Shown: positions 32,049-44,931, numbered from the stretch's first letter. The stretch: DNA of 64,000 nt from Naegleria gruberi (GCA_000004985.1 GG738857.1), one strand, 5' to 3'. Numbers and translations: made by a program. The notes: generated from the sequence alone by a model not told the origin.

Positions 32049-35000
32049 ATGACAACTCCAGCCTTGGAGACATTATCAGTGTTAGAAAACACCGAATCAG
32101 CAGAACCCTCACCACAAACCACAGAAACTACCAATGACATCCCAACTCAACCACAAACTATCCCATCAACTGAAACTATTCCTTCCCAATCTTCATCTCT
32201 CGAAATGAATAATAATGCACAAGCAGATGAAAATGATGACGATGAAGATGATGATGAATCCACCAGTACAACCACCTCCTCATCCACCACTTTAACTTCC
32301 CCAAGAAATGATCCATCACAACCTTCGTTATCCTCATCACACCATTCTAATAATAATATTCAGAAGGCTCTCCCAACTAATACCTATCGTTTGAGTAGGG
32401 ACATTAGACAAACCATTACCAATTCAAAGCAACGTAGTCAATCTCTACTCAATAACAACAACATCAATAATACCCAGAGTGGAATTACGAGAGCAAGTGC
32501 TTCTTCATCATCCTCTTCTTCGAGTGGCGCCAATTTTTCTGACTCGACAACTACAAAAAATGTAAAACATAGCGCGGAGAATGATTACAAGTATTATGAG
32601 AGTGGTAGTAGTGTTGGTGTATCATCATCATCGTTGGAGGATGGAAAGAATGATGATTTGAGGACTCTGATGAGTACTCATATTGTTAATTTGGTTAATG
32701 GTGATTCCAATTCTGATGATATTGTGAATCATACTAATAATAATAACAATAATAATGGTGAACAATTGTGTAGGACATTGGAAATTGAAATTGAAAAATC
32801 CAAGACTGTCAATAAGTTTTTCATTGAGAATAGAGATGATAGTGCCATCAAGGATTTATTCTCTCAAAATTGTTTGCATTTGTATAATGGAGAGTTTACA
32901 GTGTTGAAACATAATGAGAAGGATTATGTTGAGGCTCAACAGGAAAATGTTGCTAACAATGTAAGTTTTCATTCGGAATAGTTGTATCCGATACAGATGA
33001 TGTTTCTTAACTTTCAATTTGTAGACTAAATGTTTAATGTATCACGAACAAGGAAAGGATATTATGGATTTGGCAACAAAGAGGATTACTTTCCACCCAA
33101 ATGATTTTATAGAGGAGTAAGTGTTGTAATATTGAATATTTAAAAACTAAACATAATTGGAAATATAGTCAATTGAATCTATTGACAAAGATTTATAGAT
33201 TCCGATTGGAAGCAGGTGAATTGGAGCCTTATTTCTTATCGCTTGAACTTGTCAATGCTAAAACAAGAGCTAAAATCAGTGAAAGATTTTACTTCCACAT
33301 GACATCTCATCAGCTCATCAATAGTTTTTATGATGAATTGGATGTTAAGAAACAATTACAAAAACAATTGGACCACCAACCAAAAGCATTGTTTTCTCTA
33401 TCACATTTCTTGAAGGGAGAACCTTTGTCTGATGTTTATGCAGTTGTTTTTGTATTTAAAACATTACAAGGAGTTTCTACTGATCAAACACTCAAACAAT
33501 ATCAAGCAGGAAAGAAAAATCATACACTCACAAGGGATACACAATCCGAATGTCTTTCAGGTTCACAAACCTTTGATGATTTCCAAGGACTTAAATATCA
33601 CAAGGAACCTTTCTTATTTTCATTCTGTCCTGTCAAGGAAAGTGGTATTCATGCTATGAGATACTTTTTACCTGTGGAAAGTTTGTTCCAACTCATGAGT
33701 AGCAGTGAATCTGATGTTACAGAAGGAAGTGTTGGAACAAAGAAATTATCACACATTGATGCAGTGTGTGAAATTATCTCACAACAATCAGAGACGTTAC
33801 TTCACTTTTACACACCTCACAATGTTCATGAACGTAGTGAGTTAAAAGAGCAATTAGTTGCAGAAAGTGAACTTGCAAAGAAGAATATCAAAAAGTACAA
33901 GCCAGTTCCTGGTTATTTAGTTTTTGAAACTTACAAATTTAATCCAAAGAAATTTGAATCAGATCCAGTGGAAAGAGTTTTACTCTTTGGATCTGAACAA
34001 GAAAAACCAATGTTTACTACCAGTTCAGCAATTTCACTCGAAGAAGTAATAATCAAAATCCAACATAGAAATGGTAGTATTTTGAATCCTAGAGATCTAA
34101 CTCAAGAAAAGGAACTGAAAAAATGTTTGGCAGCCTCTGATTCTATCAGTTATCAAAATTACAAGATAGAAGAACTCCATGAAAAGCTTCCAAAATTCCC
34201 TCATTTTGATTTCTCACACTTGTTATATATTTCCCCACTAACTCTAAATTTGGAGAAATTCAAGATTGATTCACTTTCGTGTTTGGATGCTGATCCAGCT
34301 CTTTTGGAAACACTTGCAATTAAGAAATTCAAACCAAAGAACGTTCTGGTAAAAGTAGAATATAGAGAATCTATCAAAAAGACAGCCCAAAGAATTATAT
34401 CTCCACATGGACAATCACTTGTATCTGAAATTTACTGTAATGTATTATTCGATGAAGAAAAGATGGTTCGATTCCTAGATGAAATCAAAATTGCCTTACC
34501 ACTTCCAATGGAAAAAGAAAACCACTTGGTCATTTCATTCTATCATTTAGTTATCGAAAAACAAGGTCCAAAGAGAAAAAAGACCCTAGATAGCAATGGA
34601 AATGTGCCAAAGATTTGTTTTGGTTATGCCGTTCTCCCTATCAAGGACATTGTTGAAAATCACTGCTCCAAGATGACAGATTTTACATACACTTACACAT
34701 TACCTATCTATCAAAAATTGAGTGGAGATTATCTTTCAGATTCTAAACGTTTGAGTATTAGTGCATCTGCTAATATTGGATCAATGTCTCAAAAACGATA
34801 CGATATTAAGAAGGTTTCCTTTGTTTGTAACACGAGAATTGTTTCAACTATTTACCCTAACGAAAAACTTCTCCTTCAATTCTTTGCCGATTGTGCTCCT
34901 TTTATTAGTATCACAAAGGAAGGTTCTGACTCGAAAGAATTGTCTAGAGCGGTTAAAGACTGTAGAAAATCAATTGAGAATCTTACAAAAGTTCCATTCT

Positions 35001-35886
35001 CTAAATTAGTAAGCCATTTCACACTCATCATGGATATGTTGCTTAGTGTAATGTGTCGTATTCCAGATGTGATTCACACTTTTGTGAGCGAATCTGAACA
35101 ACAAGAACAGTCTGCACTCTTTGGTGATACTTCACATGGTTTGAGTTTGACTGGTTCTAGTGGCGAAGATGAAATGCTTAAATCAATTAGTGCCAGATTT
35201 GGACTTGCAGAAAGTACTTCTCCTGTTTCTAACTCTGCTTCACTGGAACACAAATCTCTCAGCTCAATCCTTGCAGCTAAAAGAAAATCTGTTACTAACA
35301 GTGTTACCAATAGCACCTCCTCATCTTCACAACATCTCAGTTTTACTACTCCTAATAATCCTTCTTCTGCTACTACTCCTTCAAGTCCAGGCTCTTCTGG
35401 TGAATTGAAAAAGAGATTCTCCCTCAAGAATATTCTCAAGAGAAAATCAAAGGAAGTTGAACCAACTCCAACTGCTTTGCACACTGCACCAACAAATGCA
35501 AAGAAAATTGCTCAACCAGGTGAAGAGGGTTTCAATTTAATAGAATATCTTAAAGCTCAACAAGAACAACAAGAACAAACTCAACACACACCAGAAGTTG
35601 CAATCCCTTCAAAGGAAGACAAATCAAAGAATGAAAAAATCAAGAGAAGAATGTCTCTCACTGATAGATTATTCAATAGAAACAAATCTCTTGATCAATC
35701 CAGTGAAGAAAGTAATACATCTCCAGTTGCTGAGGCAAACAATTCATCTTCAGGTGCTGTAAGAAAGAGTATTACCTTCACTGCTTCTAATACAGACTCT
35801 CGTGGAAGTCAATCTGATTTTGGTGATTTCCTTGGTGTTACAGCAACTTTGTTCGAATTACAGAAAACCGTTTTCCAAGTTATTGT
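32049..35886 (+). CDS. 5' part of a large multi-exon gene (S/T/N-rich low-complexity exon, a 92-nt mini-exon, then a long exon running into the assembly gap); probably continuous with the RasGEF CDS at 36030
   Basis: Exon 1 32049..32960 has a GTAAGT donor in phase 0. Exon 2 33025..33116 (TKCLMYHEQGKDIMDLATKRITFHPNDFIE) has a GTAAGT donor in phase 2. Exon 3 starts at 33169 in the frame of ORF 33173..35886. All three junctions are phase-compatible. Confidence 0.55.
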
Positions 35887-35986
35887 NNNNNNNNNNNNNN
35901 NNNNNNNNNNNNNNNNNNNNNNNNNNNNNNNNNNNNNNNNNNNNNNNNNNNNNNNNNNNNNNNNNNNNNNNNNNNNNNNNNNNNNN
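35887..35986. other. assembly gap (100 N)
   Basis: N run. Confidence 1.
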
Positions 35987-36029
35987 TCTTTGAATCTTTA
36001 AATTCTGTTGGTTCTTCCTTGATTTAATT

Positions 36030-38765
36030 TTGAAATCTTACATGTTAACACAACGTGAAAAGTGCGAAAAGAGAAGTGCTATGAATGATGTGGAATTCAA
36101 CTTGCTTTCGGAAAGAGAAAGAGAGGCACTCACCACTGATCATGGGTACAAGTTCACACTTTTGTTGAAAGAATTGATTGGAGCTTTAGCAGAAAAGGCT
36201 GTTTTCTATAAGGACGATTTTGCTAACTTCTTTGTTTCATCTCAAATTAACAATCAACTTGCCTTCTTCTTTAGAGATTTACTTGGCTGTGGTGATTTAA
36301 TCAAACATGAATATGTTTTCGATTTGATGGAAAGTTACTTTAGAGAATTCACAGTCAAAAAGCCAGTCACCATTAACACTATCAAGCTTTGTATTGATTT
36401 CTTGCAAATTTTATCTGACCATCCACAATTTGCTGAATTGAACTTGTCAATCTTCCATCCAAAGGAATATATTTATCATGAATCAATTCTTTGTCCACCA
36501 GTCAAACTTTTGGTCAATCTTATTAGAGATTGTATCACCAAGTTTAAGAGTGAAATTGATGTACACAACAGTGCTATCAAAGTTCTCAGATATATTCTCA
36601 CTAAGGAGGAATATACTCATCTTTCAATTCCAAATGTAACAACAACAAGGGCTGAATTAATTGCTAGAATCTATTTCCCATATATTGTCATGTTGTTGAA
36701 GAATTTCCATGCCTTGGAATCTCTTCCTGAAATGACCACAAGACAGCACTTGAAATGCTCAGTTTGGATTTTATCTAATGTAAACTCTCAATTCTTTGAT
36801 GATTGGATCAAAACATCTGATCAAAATGTTGTTGATAACTTGGTCAAATTATTAGCTTTCTATTTGGACCATTTCGAAATCAAAGGAAGAGTTAAATACG
36901 AAACAAGTTCATTCAAAGCATTCCAACTCGTCTTTTCTAGACTTAGTAACCACCTCAAAGAAAGGGTTGTATCTATTATTGAACAGTTTAGCGATGACAT
37001 CAAGGTATTTGAACCTTCACACAGAGACTTGTCATCATTCATCAAGATGGACATTAGAGATTGTGAAGGTGCCAAATATCAAACAGATAACGGTATGAGC
37101 GAGAAAGATTTCATTGGCTACATTATGTTTACAATTGCAAAAATTATGCAAATTGTATCAATAGGAAGGCAAAAGAAAGTTAGTTTGGATATGGAAGAAA
37201 CTAGTATTGATTTAATTTCTTATTATGTCGAGCTTTTTACTCCAGTTTTCAGAGCTAATCCAAACAGTACTTACTGGAAATGGCTGTATGGAGCTCTTCT
37301 CTCTGGAAAGGAATTCTCTATGGCTACTGTAGAAGGTATCCTTGCAGGTGCAAGCGATACACTCTATGAAAAATTGATCAACATTTTGGAAAGAGTTTAC
37401 GAAAAAGATATCATCAATGTTGACAATCTATCAAAACTATTTGATGATTCAAGCGTCGCTGAAAGCGAAATTATTCTTGATGAGGAAAACAAAATCAAGG
37501 CATCCACTTTGAACAGACTTGTTGCACGTGTTTGTGATCAGAATAATAGTGGTGATTCCAAATTTACTGACACATTCTTAGTGACCTATCGTTCTTTCTG
37601 TACTCCTGAAACTCTACTCACATTAATGATGAGCTACTTTGAATATCATGTATTGCCTAAAGGTGATCAAGAAATTAATAGTAACAATAAGACTCTTGTT
37701 CTGAGAATGTTGAACACTATAAGATTATGGGTTCAAGATCACAGTTATGACTTTAATAATTGTCTCAATGCTTCAATGATGCACTTTATCTATCAACAAG
37801 TTGGTAGATTGTGTGTTATTGAAAAATCATCAAACTCTGGTTATATTAGTATTGCTAATAAGATTAAGGAAAGAATAGAAGCCAATCTTGTTTGTAATGG
37901 CGAATCTCGTGAAAAGTTGGAAAAGATGTTCAGTCGTGAAAGACCTCAACCAAAATATCCATCCAAATGGAGTGAAGCATACGAAAAGAAAGCATTCAGT
38001 ATCAAGCAATGGGATCCTCAAGAAATTGCCAAGCAAATCACTCTCTTGGACAGTGTAATTTTCACAGCCATTGAACCAAAAGAATTCTTTGGTCTTGGTT
38101 GGACAAAGAAGGACAAGATGATCAGAGCTCCAAACATTGTTCACCTCACTGATCAATTCAATAATTTATCAATGTTCGTTACCTCGGATATTGCCTGTGA
38201 GGAAAATCTTAAGAAGAGAGTAAGAAAAGTCAAACAATGGATCAATGTTGCTTGGGAATGCAAAAATCTTAATAATTTGAATGGTTGTAACTCTATTGTT
38301 TCTGCTTTCAACAATGCAGGTATTCACAGACTTAAAAAGACCTGGGATGCCATTCCAAAGAAAGACATTGAGAATGACAGATTAAGACAATTGAATGAGC
38401 TTGTCTCAATGACCAGTTCTTACAAGAATATGAGAGAACATATGTCCAGATCAGGTGAAGGTATTCCATACATTGGTATCTATTTAACTGATATGGTTTT
38501 CATTGAAGATGGTAATAAGGATTACATTACAAAGGAAAATTCCGATTTACAATTAATCAACTTTGCCAAGAGACGTAAAATTGCAGAAGTTATTCAAAGA
38601 ATCAAAACTCAACAACAAACTCTTTATGATTTCATTCCAATTCCATTTTTACAAAGAACTTTTGATTTCTCATCATTGACCGATGAAGAGAAGACTAAGA
38701 CATTATTATCCGATGACGTTATTTGGAACAAATCACTTGTAATTGAACCAAGAGAAAACAAATAA
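36030..38765 (+). CDS. Ras guanine-nucleotide exchange factor (RasGEF-N plus CDC25-homology catalytic domain); N-terminal limit undefined because of the gap
   Basis: C-terminal catalytic domain (QWDPQEIAKQITLLDSVIFTAIEPKEF...NFNGCNSIVSAFNNAGIHRLKKTW...IPYIGIYLTDMVFIEDGN) preceded by a RasGEF-N-like region (NRLVARVCD...TFLVTYRSFCTPETLL). Confidence 0.8.
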   Translation: MKSYMLTQREKCEKRSAMNDVEFNLLSEREREALTTDHGYKFTLLLKELIGALAEKAVFYKDDFANFFVSSQINNQLAFFFRDLLGCGDLIKHEYVFDLMESYFREFTVKKPVTINTIKLCIDFLQILSDHPQFAELNLSIFHPKEYIYHESILCPPVKLLVNLIRDCITKFKSEIDVHNSAIKVLRYILTKEEYTHLSIPNVTTTRAELIARIYFPYIVMLLKNFHALESLPEMTTRQHLKCSVWILSNVNSQFFDDWIKTSDQNVVDNLVKLLAFYLDHFEIKGRVKYETSSFKAFQLVFSRLSNHLKERVVSIIEQFSDDIKVFEPSHRDLSSFIKMDIRDCEGAKYQTDNGMSEKDFIGYIMFTIAKIMQIVSIGRQKKVSLDMEETSIDLISYYVELFTPVFRANPNSTYWKWLYGALLSGKEFSMATVEGILAGASDTLYEKLINILERVYEKDIINVDNLSKLFDDSSVAESEIILDEENKIKASTLNRLVARVCDQNNSGDSKFTDTFLVTYRSFCTPETLLTLMMSYFEYHVLPKGDQEINSNNKTLVLRMLNTIRLWVQDHSYDFNNCLNASMMHFIYQQVGRLCVIEKSSNSGYISIANKIKERIEANLVCNGESREKLEKMFSRERPQPKYPSKWSEAYEKKAFSIKQWDPQEIAKQITLLDSVIFTAIEPKEFFGLGWTKKDKMIRAPNIVHLTDQFNNLSMFVTSDIACEENLKKRVRKVKQWINVAWECKNLNNLNGCNSIVSAFNNAGIHRLKKTWDAIPKKDIENDRLRQLNELVSMTSSYKNMREHMSRSGEGIPYIGIYLTDMVFIEDGNKDYITKENSDLQLINFAKRRKIAEVIQRIKTQQQTLYDFIPIPFLQRTFDFSSLTDEEKTKTLLSDDVIWNKSLVIEPRENK

Positions 38766-38909
38766 ATTTATGCTATTACTCAACCAACAATTTTATTTAG
38801 CAGATAACTCGTTTTCTCAAGTAAATTCTCACTCTCATTGATGAGATCCATGAAATATTAATAAACCAAGTCACTTCTAATCAATTCCGATAATTAATCA
38901 ATAAACAAA

Positions 38910-39977
38910 ATGAGTCAACAACCATTGCTAACCCAAGTCAATTCAATTACAAAGGAAGAAATTGAATCAATGAAATTTATGCTTCCTCCTAGAAAGTTAC
39001 TCGTCCAAAAATTAACTTCCTACATTGAGGAGGATATTCCAGCATTTGATGTGAGTGCAGCCATCGTTGGAGATTCCATCAAGACATCTACGATATTCTA
39101 CAAGAAATCGAATAATGATTTCAATTCCGATACTTTACCAATTATTATGAGTGGTATTCCAATTTTGACAGTTTTATTCGAAGATTGTTTTCCAAATTTG
39201 AAAGTAAATTGGCTTGTTGGAGAAGGTGATAATTTGAATGATGAGGCAACCATTTCGAATTTATTGAAATTATATGGAAGTCTTAAATATCCAACTCAGA
39301 GTCAATGTGAGAAGAAACTTAAAGTTCCAATTGCCATTGTGGAAGGTCCTGTTTATCAATTATTACAAGTGGAAAGATTATGTCTCAATATCTTGTCACA
39401 TTTGACAGGAATTTCCTCAATTTCCAGAAAAGTTCAAAATCTAGTCCTTTCAGAAATTGAAAAGAATGGAGCTAAATTCAGAGGAGAAATTGCTGCCACT
39501 AGAAAGACAACTCCTGGATTGAGACATTTCGAAAAGTATGCAGTGATGGTTGGTGGATGTAAGCCACACCGAATGGATCTATCCCAAATGGTCATGTTGA
39601 AGGATAATCATGTGGATGCATGTGGTGGATCAATTTCTAAATGTGTTAAAAGAGCAAGATCACTCTGTGGATGTAATACTCAGAAAATTGAAGTGGAATG
39701 CAGATCACTGCAAGATGCTAGGGAGGCAGCTCAAGCTGGAGCTGACATTGTCATGTTGGATAATTTCAATGCTGTGCAAGCTAGAGATGCTTCTGATGTG
39801 TTAGTTAAAGAATTTCCAAATCTTGTGATTGAAGTGAGTGGAGGATTGAATCCAGAAACAGTTTTGGAATATTTGAAGGAATGTTCGAATGTTCATGTTC
39901 TTTCGATGGGAATTTTAACAGAAGGAGGTGGAATTAAGGTTGATTTTTCAATGAAAATTACAGAAACAACACAATAA
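38910..39977 (+). CDS. qprt: nicotinate-nucleotide pyrophosphorylase (quinolinate phosphoribosyltransferase)
   Basis: MLKDNH motif, EVECRSLQDAREAAQAGADIVMLDNF, VSGGLNPETV; 355-aa single exon. Confidence 0.85.
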   Translation: MSQQPLLTQVNSITKEEIESMKFMLPPRKLLVQKLTSYIEEDIPAFDVSAAIVGDSIKTSTIFYKKSNNDFNSDTLPIIMSGIPILTVLFEDCFPNLKVNWLVGEGDNLNDEATISNLLKLYGSLKYPTQSQCEKKLKVPIAIVEGPVYQLLQVERLCLNILSHLTGISSISRKVQNLVLSEIEKNGAKFRGEIAATRKTTPGLRHFEKYAVMVGGCKPHRMDLSQMVMLKDNHVDACGGSISKCVKRARSLCGCNTQKIEVECRSLQDAREAAQAGADIVMLDNFNAVQARDASDVLVKEFPNLVIEVSGGLNPETVLEYLKECSNVHVLSMGILTEGGGIKVDFSMKITETTQ

Positions 39978-40016
39978 ACTCTTTCAATGTAAATAAATTA
40001 GTTTGTTGTTTTTATT

Positions 40017-41264
40017 TTAGGTTTGGAAATCTTGGAGAGCATCATCAATATTCTTAATGAACCCCATTTGTTCGAGAATGAAACATTCCATACCAGTTCT
40101 AAAGCTTGAAGCAGTATCACTGGTCATTTCTCTTGTTAACCAATCAGCTGGAACATCTGAAGTAGTAGGATTGATAAAACCATTCAGTTCTCTATTGAAT
40201 GCTGATTGGAAAGCCAATCTAGAGACTGTCCACAAATCGAAGGACGAATCACGCATAGTTTTGAAAACTTCATCAACTGTCTGAATGTTTGAAAATTTCA
40301 TATTATTTTCCTCAGTGACATATTCAAAACCAGACTTTTCACCTCTAGGTGATGCCATTGGTGATGAAAGAGGGGAAGATGTAGCATAGAAAACAGACAA
40401 GTTTTCTGTAGATTCAAAACTAGAATGTGATCCAACAGATGGCAATGAAGTTGTTGAGTGAGTCTTCATAAGGACAGAGCTGGTGTTGGTCATTGATGAA
40501 TAATCAATAACACCACCAGGAGTATCATTTGATGTGAGAGCTGCCAATTGAATTGTCAAAATTTGCAAAGCATCGTTTTCATCTAAAATTCTCTCTTGTA
40601 AATTCTCAAATCTAATTCCAAAGAAATCCAATGGATCAACTCCATGTTCTTTCAATGTTTTCATTGCATCAATAGCAGACATTACTCCAGCATATTGACA
40701 ACTGCCATATTTACACTTTTGCAAAACACAAATACCTTTGTGATTAAGTAGGAAGGGATTTTCAAATTTGTAAATAAAGATATTTTTAATAAAAGAACTA
40801 AAAAAGGACTTACCAGAAACTCTTTGAAAGAAATCGGCTAGGTTCTTCGATTGACTAACAATATCAGACAACTTGTGAGTAATAGATGGAGTTTTCTCTT
40901 CCTTCTGTTGTTGAAGAGAATTGTTTTCAAAGGCAGTACTAGTACTCGCCGTTGTTGACACTTTGCTTGGTCTTCTACTGTCTATGATTGACCTCTTTCT
41001 CAATCCAGTTTTTATCATTACATGGCCATACTTCAATGAGGACCAAGATTTAAGTTTAAAGATCTTTATCACAATGAATATTGTCAATGCTAATAACGAC
41101 ACAAAGATGGGTATGATAATATCCTTATGTTGACGAAGGGATTCCTCCACAAGTGAATGTGGCAGTAAACTGTTAGCATGTGGTGCTGTTGATGGTTGCG
41201 AATTCATTATATATTGAGGTTGCAGTTTGTATTTTCTCTCTCTTAAAACTCTCAAGATGATCAC
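40017..41264 (-). CDS. single-pass membrane protein, hypothetical; contains a 78-nt in-frame intron (approx 40736..40813) that the ORF track reads through
   Basis: TM helix IIIPIFVSLLALTIFIVIKIF. GTAAGT...CACAAAG intron with no stop and 78 nt = 26 codons of AT-rich sequence. Confidence 0.5.
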   Translation of the reverse strand: MIILRVLRERKYKLQPQYIMNSQPSTAPHANSLLPHSLVEESLRQHKDIIIPIFVSLLALTIFIVIKIFKLKSWSSLKYGHVMIKTGLRKRSIIDSRRPSKVSTTASTSTAFENNSLQQQKEEKTPSITHKLSDIVSQSKNLADFFQRVSGKSFFSSFIKNIFIYKFENPFLLNHKGICVLQKCKYGSCQYAGVMSAIDAMKTLKEHGVDPLDFFGIRFENLQERILDENDALQILTIQLAALTSNDTPGGVIDYSSMTNTSSVLMKTHSTTSLPSVGSHSSFESTENLSVFYATSSPLSSPMASPRGEKSGFEYVTEENNMKFSNIQTVDEVFKTMRDSSFDLWTVSRLAFQSAFNRELNGFINPTTSDVPADWLTREMTSDTASSFRTGMECFILEQMGFIKNIDDALQDFQT

Positions 41265-42107
41265 AAAATCACTCGGAATTTGATGTTACACAAAAAGGGG
41301 AAGACTGTACAGTAGGGGTTGTTGGTCAGGACCTTGTCTCAAAGCCTTGTTGTTGTATTTTTTTCTTGTGTTGTTTTTAGTCTTCTTCATGCTTGAGAAA
41401 AAGCCTATGGAAGTTTTCTACTCGTTTTTGTTGGATGCACATTTTCGGTACTTGAAAAGGTTTATTGATAGACTTTTTAGAGCGATGAAAAAGTAGACTT
41501 CGCCAAAAAAGTAGGCCATCAGGATAGTTTCCAAAAAATCTTTGTAGATAGCATAGAGTTGTTGAGCCTGGAGGATGATCATGGCATGATGACAATAAAT
41601 ATCAACTTTTTAATGTTATTATTGATTGGATTTGAGTGCAGTATCTCGAAGAGTAAAAAGGCGAATAGTTAATTGAGGAAGAAACATAACTTTCATGAAA
41701 TTCCAAATGACAATTGCACTCGTTGTAATAAAGATGAAGATCTTTACAATCATGACCCAAAAAGTAGTTTAGAGAGCCAGTTTCGTCCAGTTCCATTTTT
41801 GATGAATTCCAATTTTTGTATAAAAGATAGTTTTGAGTTGCAATCTGTGTTTGTCAAGACTTTTTTCAAGTACATTTATTCAAATTAAAATCAAATAAGA
41901 ATGGATTTTTGATCTGATTATGGTGTTGATAATTTCTTAATAAATTTTAAAGGTCTTATTTAGTAGTTCGACTATTTTGCTCGATTATCTCAGATACAGA
42001 TATTGCAATACTGTAGAGCTTGTTCATTGTATAATTTTAAATTGAAGAAAAATCAGCTGTCTATTTGGTTTTTATATGGAGTGAAAACGAGTCAAATGAA
42101 AAGGTTA

Positions 42108-42984
42108 CTATTTAGAGCTGTCATGATTGTAAGGCACATCCAAACAAAAACCAGTATCAAATCCACTCGTTACCTTGTCCTTTCTGTATCCCAACTGATT
42201 ACTCACAATGAGTGTCTTCTTCTTCATAAATTTACAATTGAAATGTGTGTGACCGAATGCCCAGAGATTGATATTACGATTTCTATCAATTAAATAGAGT
42301 AAATCACTGGAAAAGGCAGTTTTTAAATTGCAATTCTTGAATCTTGGATCAGAGGTTTGTTTGGTGAGAGGAGCATGATGAGTCAAGACAATTATTGTTT
42401 CATTTCTGGATTTGGATTCAATGATTTCCTTTGTGAGCCATTCCACTTCTTCCAAATGCATTTTGGTCACGTCTGTGGTTTTCAATGGACGTTGCTGACC
42501 ATCTTCTTGGTCAATTATGGTAATATTCTTGTAGTCGTTAACATTTTGTGAAATTTCCTCAGAATGTTTCTCATCAATATTAGTCCACAATGTACATCCC
42601 AATATTCTCAATGATTGACCATTTTCTTCATCAATCAATAATGATGTTTTATCAAGAAATGTCACATTTTCATATTGAGAACAAATGGATTTAATTCTCT
42701 CCTTTGTAGACAATATTTCACTTATAATTGTTTTAAAAATTACAATTCCAATTTCATAATATTTACCTTCCATAAAATTCATGATTTCCAGCAATTACAA
42801 AAATCCTTCCAAATCCGTAAACATTCACACATTTTCCAATAAATTCTTCATATTTATCACTTGATGCCAGTGCAATATCTCCCAATAATGCCAACGTTTT
42901 ATCATGATTTCCTTCGGAGGAGAAAACAGGCTCCAAACAATTGGCCTTCTCCAAGTGAATATCTGAGGCAATGACTAATTTCAT
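42108..42984 (-). CDS. calcineurin-like metallophosphoesterase, 2 exons
   Basis: Motifs DIHLE, GDIAL, GNHEF, GHTH. Exon 1 42984..42767, 46-nt intron (GTAAAT...ATAAG), exon 2 42720..42108. Confidence 0.8.
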
Positions 42985-43705
42985 TTTTTTAAAGTTTGGA
43001 TTTTCAATTTTGAAATGAACATTTTACAATCAATGACGAATTTGATTTTTTTCAAATCTTTCAATTATGAAATGAATTGTTGTACTTTAATTAGAATTGG
43101 TTCTAACAAACGTATTGAATTAAAAGTGATGAAATGTGTTAAATTTTCACAAGCACTTCATGAATAATGTTAAAAATTCACTCAACCACAAAACTGTAAA
43201 TATATCATTGTTACTTATTCACAAGTCCACTAATCATATCAAATATTTTAAATATCAAAACAAGATCTTACCTGCCGATTAGAACCTTTACAATAAATTC
43301 TTCAAAAAGCTCTTCAAAATCCTTTTCAGAATGTCTTTCCCACTTTCATCCGTCTCGTCCTTTTTCTAATTTCCAATCCGGTAACTTTTACTCGTGTTGT
43401 CTCTTGTCCAACACCTTTTTGCTGTTACAATCTGTCAATTGTTATTTGATTTTATTGACAATAAACCAGTACCCACCACTTCCGATCTATCAATGTATAT
43501 TGTATTGTGTTCATTCAGTGATCCTCAACACAATCTTCATAGCAAAGCCTTTGATGAACACTTGCAAAAAACAACACAGAAAAAAAAAGGCTTGCTTGAG
43601 GTTACGCACCGATTTTTATCTTATTATTGCACCAGGGGAAGAACAGAGAGCAAGAAGTTAATAACACTTGAAAAGTATAATAACAAACATAATCGGAGAA
43701 GTAAA

Positions 43706-44931
43706 ATGGTCATTGATATTAGTCCTAGTTCATTCAAGAGAGTTGGTGTTGTTTATAATCCAATTTCAAGAGGAGGTAAGTAAAATAATTAGATGGTGAT
43801 AATTAATATATGCGATGATCAAATTATCAATTAATAATAGGTCAATCTGGAGCCTTGTTTAAGAATACAATTCATCCACTTCTTGACAAATATTTGAAGG
43901 AACGTATGGTAAAATGTAGAGCCACTGAAAGTATGGGTGATGGCAGTAGATGTGCTTTTGAATTGGTTGTTGAAGATAAATGTGATTTGATTATCACACT
44001 TGGTGGTGATGGTTCTACACAAAATACTCTCAACGGTTTAGTGAGAGGTTGTTTGTATTTGGATCCTCAAGCTTTGGCAAAGGGTGCACCACTCCCAGTT
44101 GGTTTGGCAGTTATTCCAACAGGATCTGGTAATGATTTGCAAAAGACAATCGGAGGTGAACCAGTTGACGTTTATTCAGAAGCATTCTTTGAAAGAACTG
44201 TCAAAACTATTGCAGAATCAGGCAAAGTTGTTTATGCAGATATTGGTAAAGTTGAATATACCAAAGATAATACTGGTATTATTTTGCCAGCATTGAATGA
44301 CGAACATATTCCAAAACAATATTTGAGCAATGACAGTTCTAAGAAACTTGCTTATCAATTTGATAGTGAAAATACTGGTGTTAGATTCTTTATGAATGAA
44401 AGTAGCTTTGGTATCAGTACTTCAGTTTTGAATGCTGTCAACAATAGTACCATCAGCAAGGAGATCAATTATAATGTTCAAACTTTGTGGAAACAACTTA
44501 CCTTTGTTAATCCATCGATTGACGTTGAAGTTGATGGAGAGACTGTTTATAGTGGCATTTCTCAATTGGTTTGTGTTGGTAACGGCAAGGCCTTTGGTAA
44601 TGGCATGTATCCAAATCCTAATGCAACAATTACAAGTGAAAACTTGTCCGTCTGTATTTTACATAACATTAGATTGTGGAATGTATTTTCAGTTGTCTAT
44701 TCTTTGAAGGCCGGAACAATTGGTTCATATGCATTGGCATCTCTTCTTGAAGGAAAGAAATCTTTGAAAGCAAAGAGAAGTGAATCCGAAACTCAAGATG
44801 TTTATTTGGAATGTGATGGTGAAGTTGTTGGTAAATTGCCAGCTCAATATGATGTTGTTCCAGCAATTATTAAAATGATTGTTCCAGAAAGCTCACCAGA
44901 ATATGAACTCCATAGCAAGAAGAATCTCTAA
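43706..44931 (+). CDS. DAGK-catalytic-domain lipid kinase (YegS / acylglycerol-kinase-like), 2 exons
   Basis: Exon 1 43706..43775 (MVIDISPSSFKRVGVVYNPISRGG), 65-nt intron, exon 2 43841..44931. Motifs VVYNPxSRGG and ITLGGDGS. Confidence 0.8.

Noticed and set aside
35074-35484. 136-aa antisense ORF within the Ser-rich region of the 33169..35886 exon
   Set aside because: It is a low-complexity mirror ORF.
21947-35986. Runs of X in the translated ORF track
   Set aside because: They correspond to the two N gaps (21947-21996, 35887-35986), not to real residues. The frame across them is arbitrary.
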